32,000 nt of DNA, taken from positions 1,890,001 through 1,922,000 of the forward strand of contig NZ_LN885086.1 in NCBI RefSeq assembly GCF_001458695.1. The letters are read 5' to 3'. The DNA is from Candidatus Nitrospira inopinata. Lineage in GTDB: Bacteria > Nitrospirota > Nitrospiria > Nitrospirales > Nitrospiraceae. A program made the translations under genes and the position numbers. How positions within the stretch are numbered: the stretch's first letter is position 1; each line of letters begins with the position of its first letter. Positions 31,169-32,000 of the stretch are shown piece after piece. The notes under the pieces were generated by a model. The model searched no databases. It was not told the DNA's origin and was given only the letters and a program-made list of their open reading frames with translations.

Positions 31169-32000
31169 ATGACGGAGCCGGTTCAATTGGCGATGTTCGG
31201 CGTGACGGAGACGGATGCCCGGCACGTGCTGGATCGGCTCAACGTGCGAGACGTCGACTATGCCGATCTGTATTTTGAGTCGAGAGTCGCGGAGTCGGTG
31301 TCGATGGAAGAAGGCATCGTCAAACGCGCCGTGAAGAGCATCTCGCAGGGAGTCGGCGTCAGGGCCACCGCCGGCGAGAAAACGGGGTTTGCGTACTCCG
31401 ACGATTTGACGAAGAAGGACTTGGAACTCGCGGCGGATACCGCCAGATACATCGCCGACTCTCCCAAGGGAACTCGGATGGTCCCAGTTCCCATCCATCA
31501 GCGGCCCTCGCACGATTTGTATCCGGTCGAACGGACGAAGGCCGAAGTGGCGACGCCCGAACGGGTCGCCCTGCTGAACGAGATCGACGCGGAGGCCAGA
31601 CGATACGATCCTCGTATCAAAAACGTCATGGCGTCGTTCAACACGGAATACAAGGTGGTGGTGGTGGCGACGTCGGACGGCGCCCTGGTCGCGGACGTTC
31701 AGCCGCTGTCGCGTCTGCAAATCAGTTGTATCGCCGAGGAGGACGGCAATCGCCAGATCGGAAGTTTCGGCGGAGGCGGGCGCGTGGGATTTGAGTTTTA
31801 TCGGGACCGGAACCGTCATTTGGAATACGCGCGGGAAGCCGCGCGCGAGGCGATCGTCAATCTTTCCGCCGTCGAGGCGCCCGCCGGCGTGATGCCCGTC
31901 GTCTTGGCCGGGGGATGGCCCGGCATTTTATTGCACGAGGCGATCGGCCACGGTCTCGAGGCGGATTTCAATCGCAAGAAGACGTCGGCGTTCTCCAACT
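31169..32000 (+). CDS. tldD: Metalloprotease TldD, N-terminal ~277 codons; 3' end lies outside the window
   Basis: This ORF is not in the track because it has no stop within the window. Translation from the ATG at 31169: MTEPVQLAMFGVTETDARHVLDRLNVRDVDYADLYFESR...GVGVRATAGEKTGFAYSDD...LLHEAIGHGLEADFNRKKTSAFSN (HExxxH of TldD). The frame stays open to base 31999. Confidence 0.9.
   Translation, partial: MTEPVQLAMFGVTETDARHVLDRLNVRDVDYADLYFESRVAESVSMEEGIVKRAVKSISQGVGVRATAGEKTGFAYSDDLTKKDLELAADTARYIADSPKGTRMVPVPIHQRPSHDLYPVERTKAEVATPERVALLNEIDAEARRYDPRIKNVMASFNTEYKVVVVATSDGALVADVQPLSRLQISCIAEEDGNRQIGSFGGGGRVGFEFYRDRNRHLEYAREAAREAIVNLSAVEAPAGVMPVVLAGGWPGILLHEAIGHGLEADFNRKKTSAFSN

Noticed and set aside
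31001-31819. 272-aa minus-strand ORF at the right end of the window
   Set aside because: The plus strand encodes an open-ended TldD with clear motifs (HEAIGH and others). The minus ORF is its antisense shadow. The TldD ORF is missing from the track only because it has no stop inside the window.
1-32000. Window-wide look for CRISPR arrays, IS elements or transposases, integrases, phage genes, rRNA/tRNA genes and long tandem repeats
   Set aside because: No intergenic region exceeds about 400 bp, and none shows regularly spaced repeats. No ORF shows DDE, tyrosine or serine recombinase motifs or phage hallmark motifs. This was a by-eye inspection only, so short or degenerate elements could have been missed.

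Overview
GC-rich (roughly 60%), gene-dense bacterial chromosomal window. I can support 31 protein-coding genes, two of them cut by the window edges. I found no rRNA, tRNA, CRISPR array, transposase, integrase or phage genes. The gene content fits a Nitrospirota-like or similar diderm lineage, but I cannot establish that without a database search.

Layout:
(1) 0-4.5 kb: rodZ tail, a monohaem cytochrome c, a small secreted protein, a solitary DUF2281-type antitoxin gene, and a caspase-fold (peptidase C14) multidomain protein. In that protein both catalytic-dyad positions are substituted, and its lipoprotein signal peptide lies in a different reading frame.
(2) 4.5-12.4 kb: one co-directional string, htrA-tatC-mrp/apbC-moeA-mobB, then a six-haem NapC/NirT-like cytochrome and an ABC-2 exporter pair.
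(3) 12.4-24.6 kb: a mixed accessory-looking stretch. It holds an RRM RNA-binding protein, a P4H-like 2OG-Fe(II) oxygenase, an atypical single-domain response regulator, an NFACT/RqcH-like protein, a zinc-ribbon mini-protein, a stand-alone HExxH (aKG-HExxH/TIGR04267-like) protein, a secreted Big_2/PKD protein paired with an APC permease, a PilZ protein and an orphan GAF-GspE/PilB-type ATPase.
(4) 24.8-32 kb: the conserved housekeeping block uppS-cdsA-dxr-rseP-proS on the minus strand, with a divergent tldD.

I do not see a clear defence island or mobile element. The best candidates for something undescribed are the orphan HExxH locus (16.3-18.4 kb), the degenerate caspase-like lipoprotein (2.4-4.3 kb) and the Moco/Tat/hexahaem cluster. 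All three are hypotheses built on motif recognition, not on searches.
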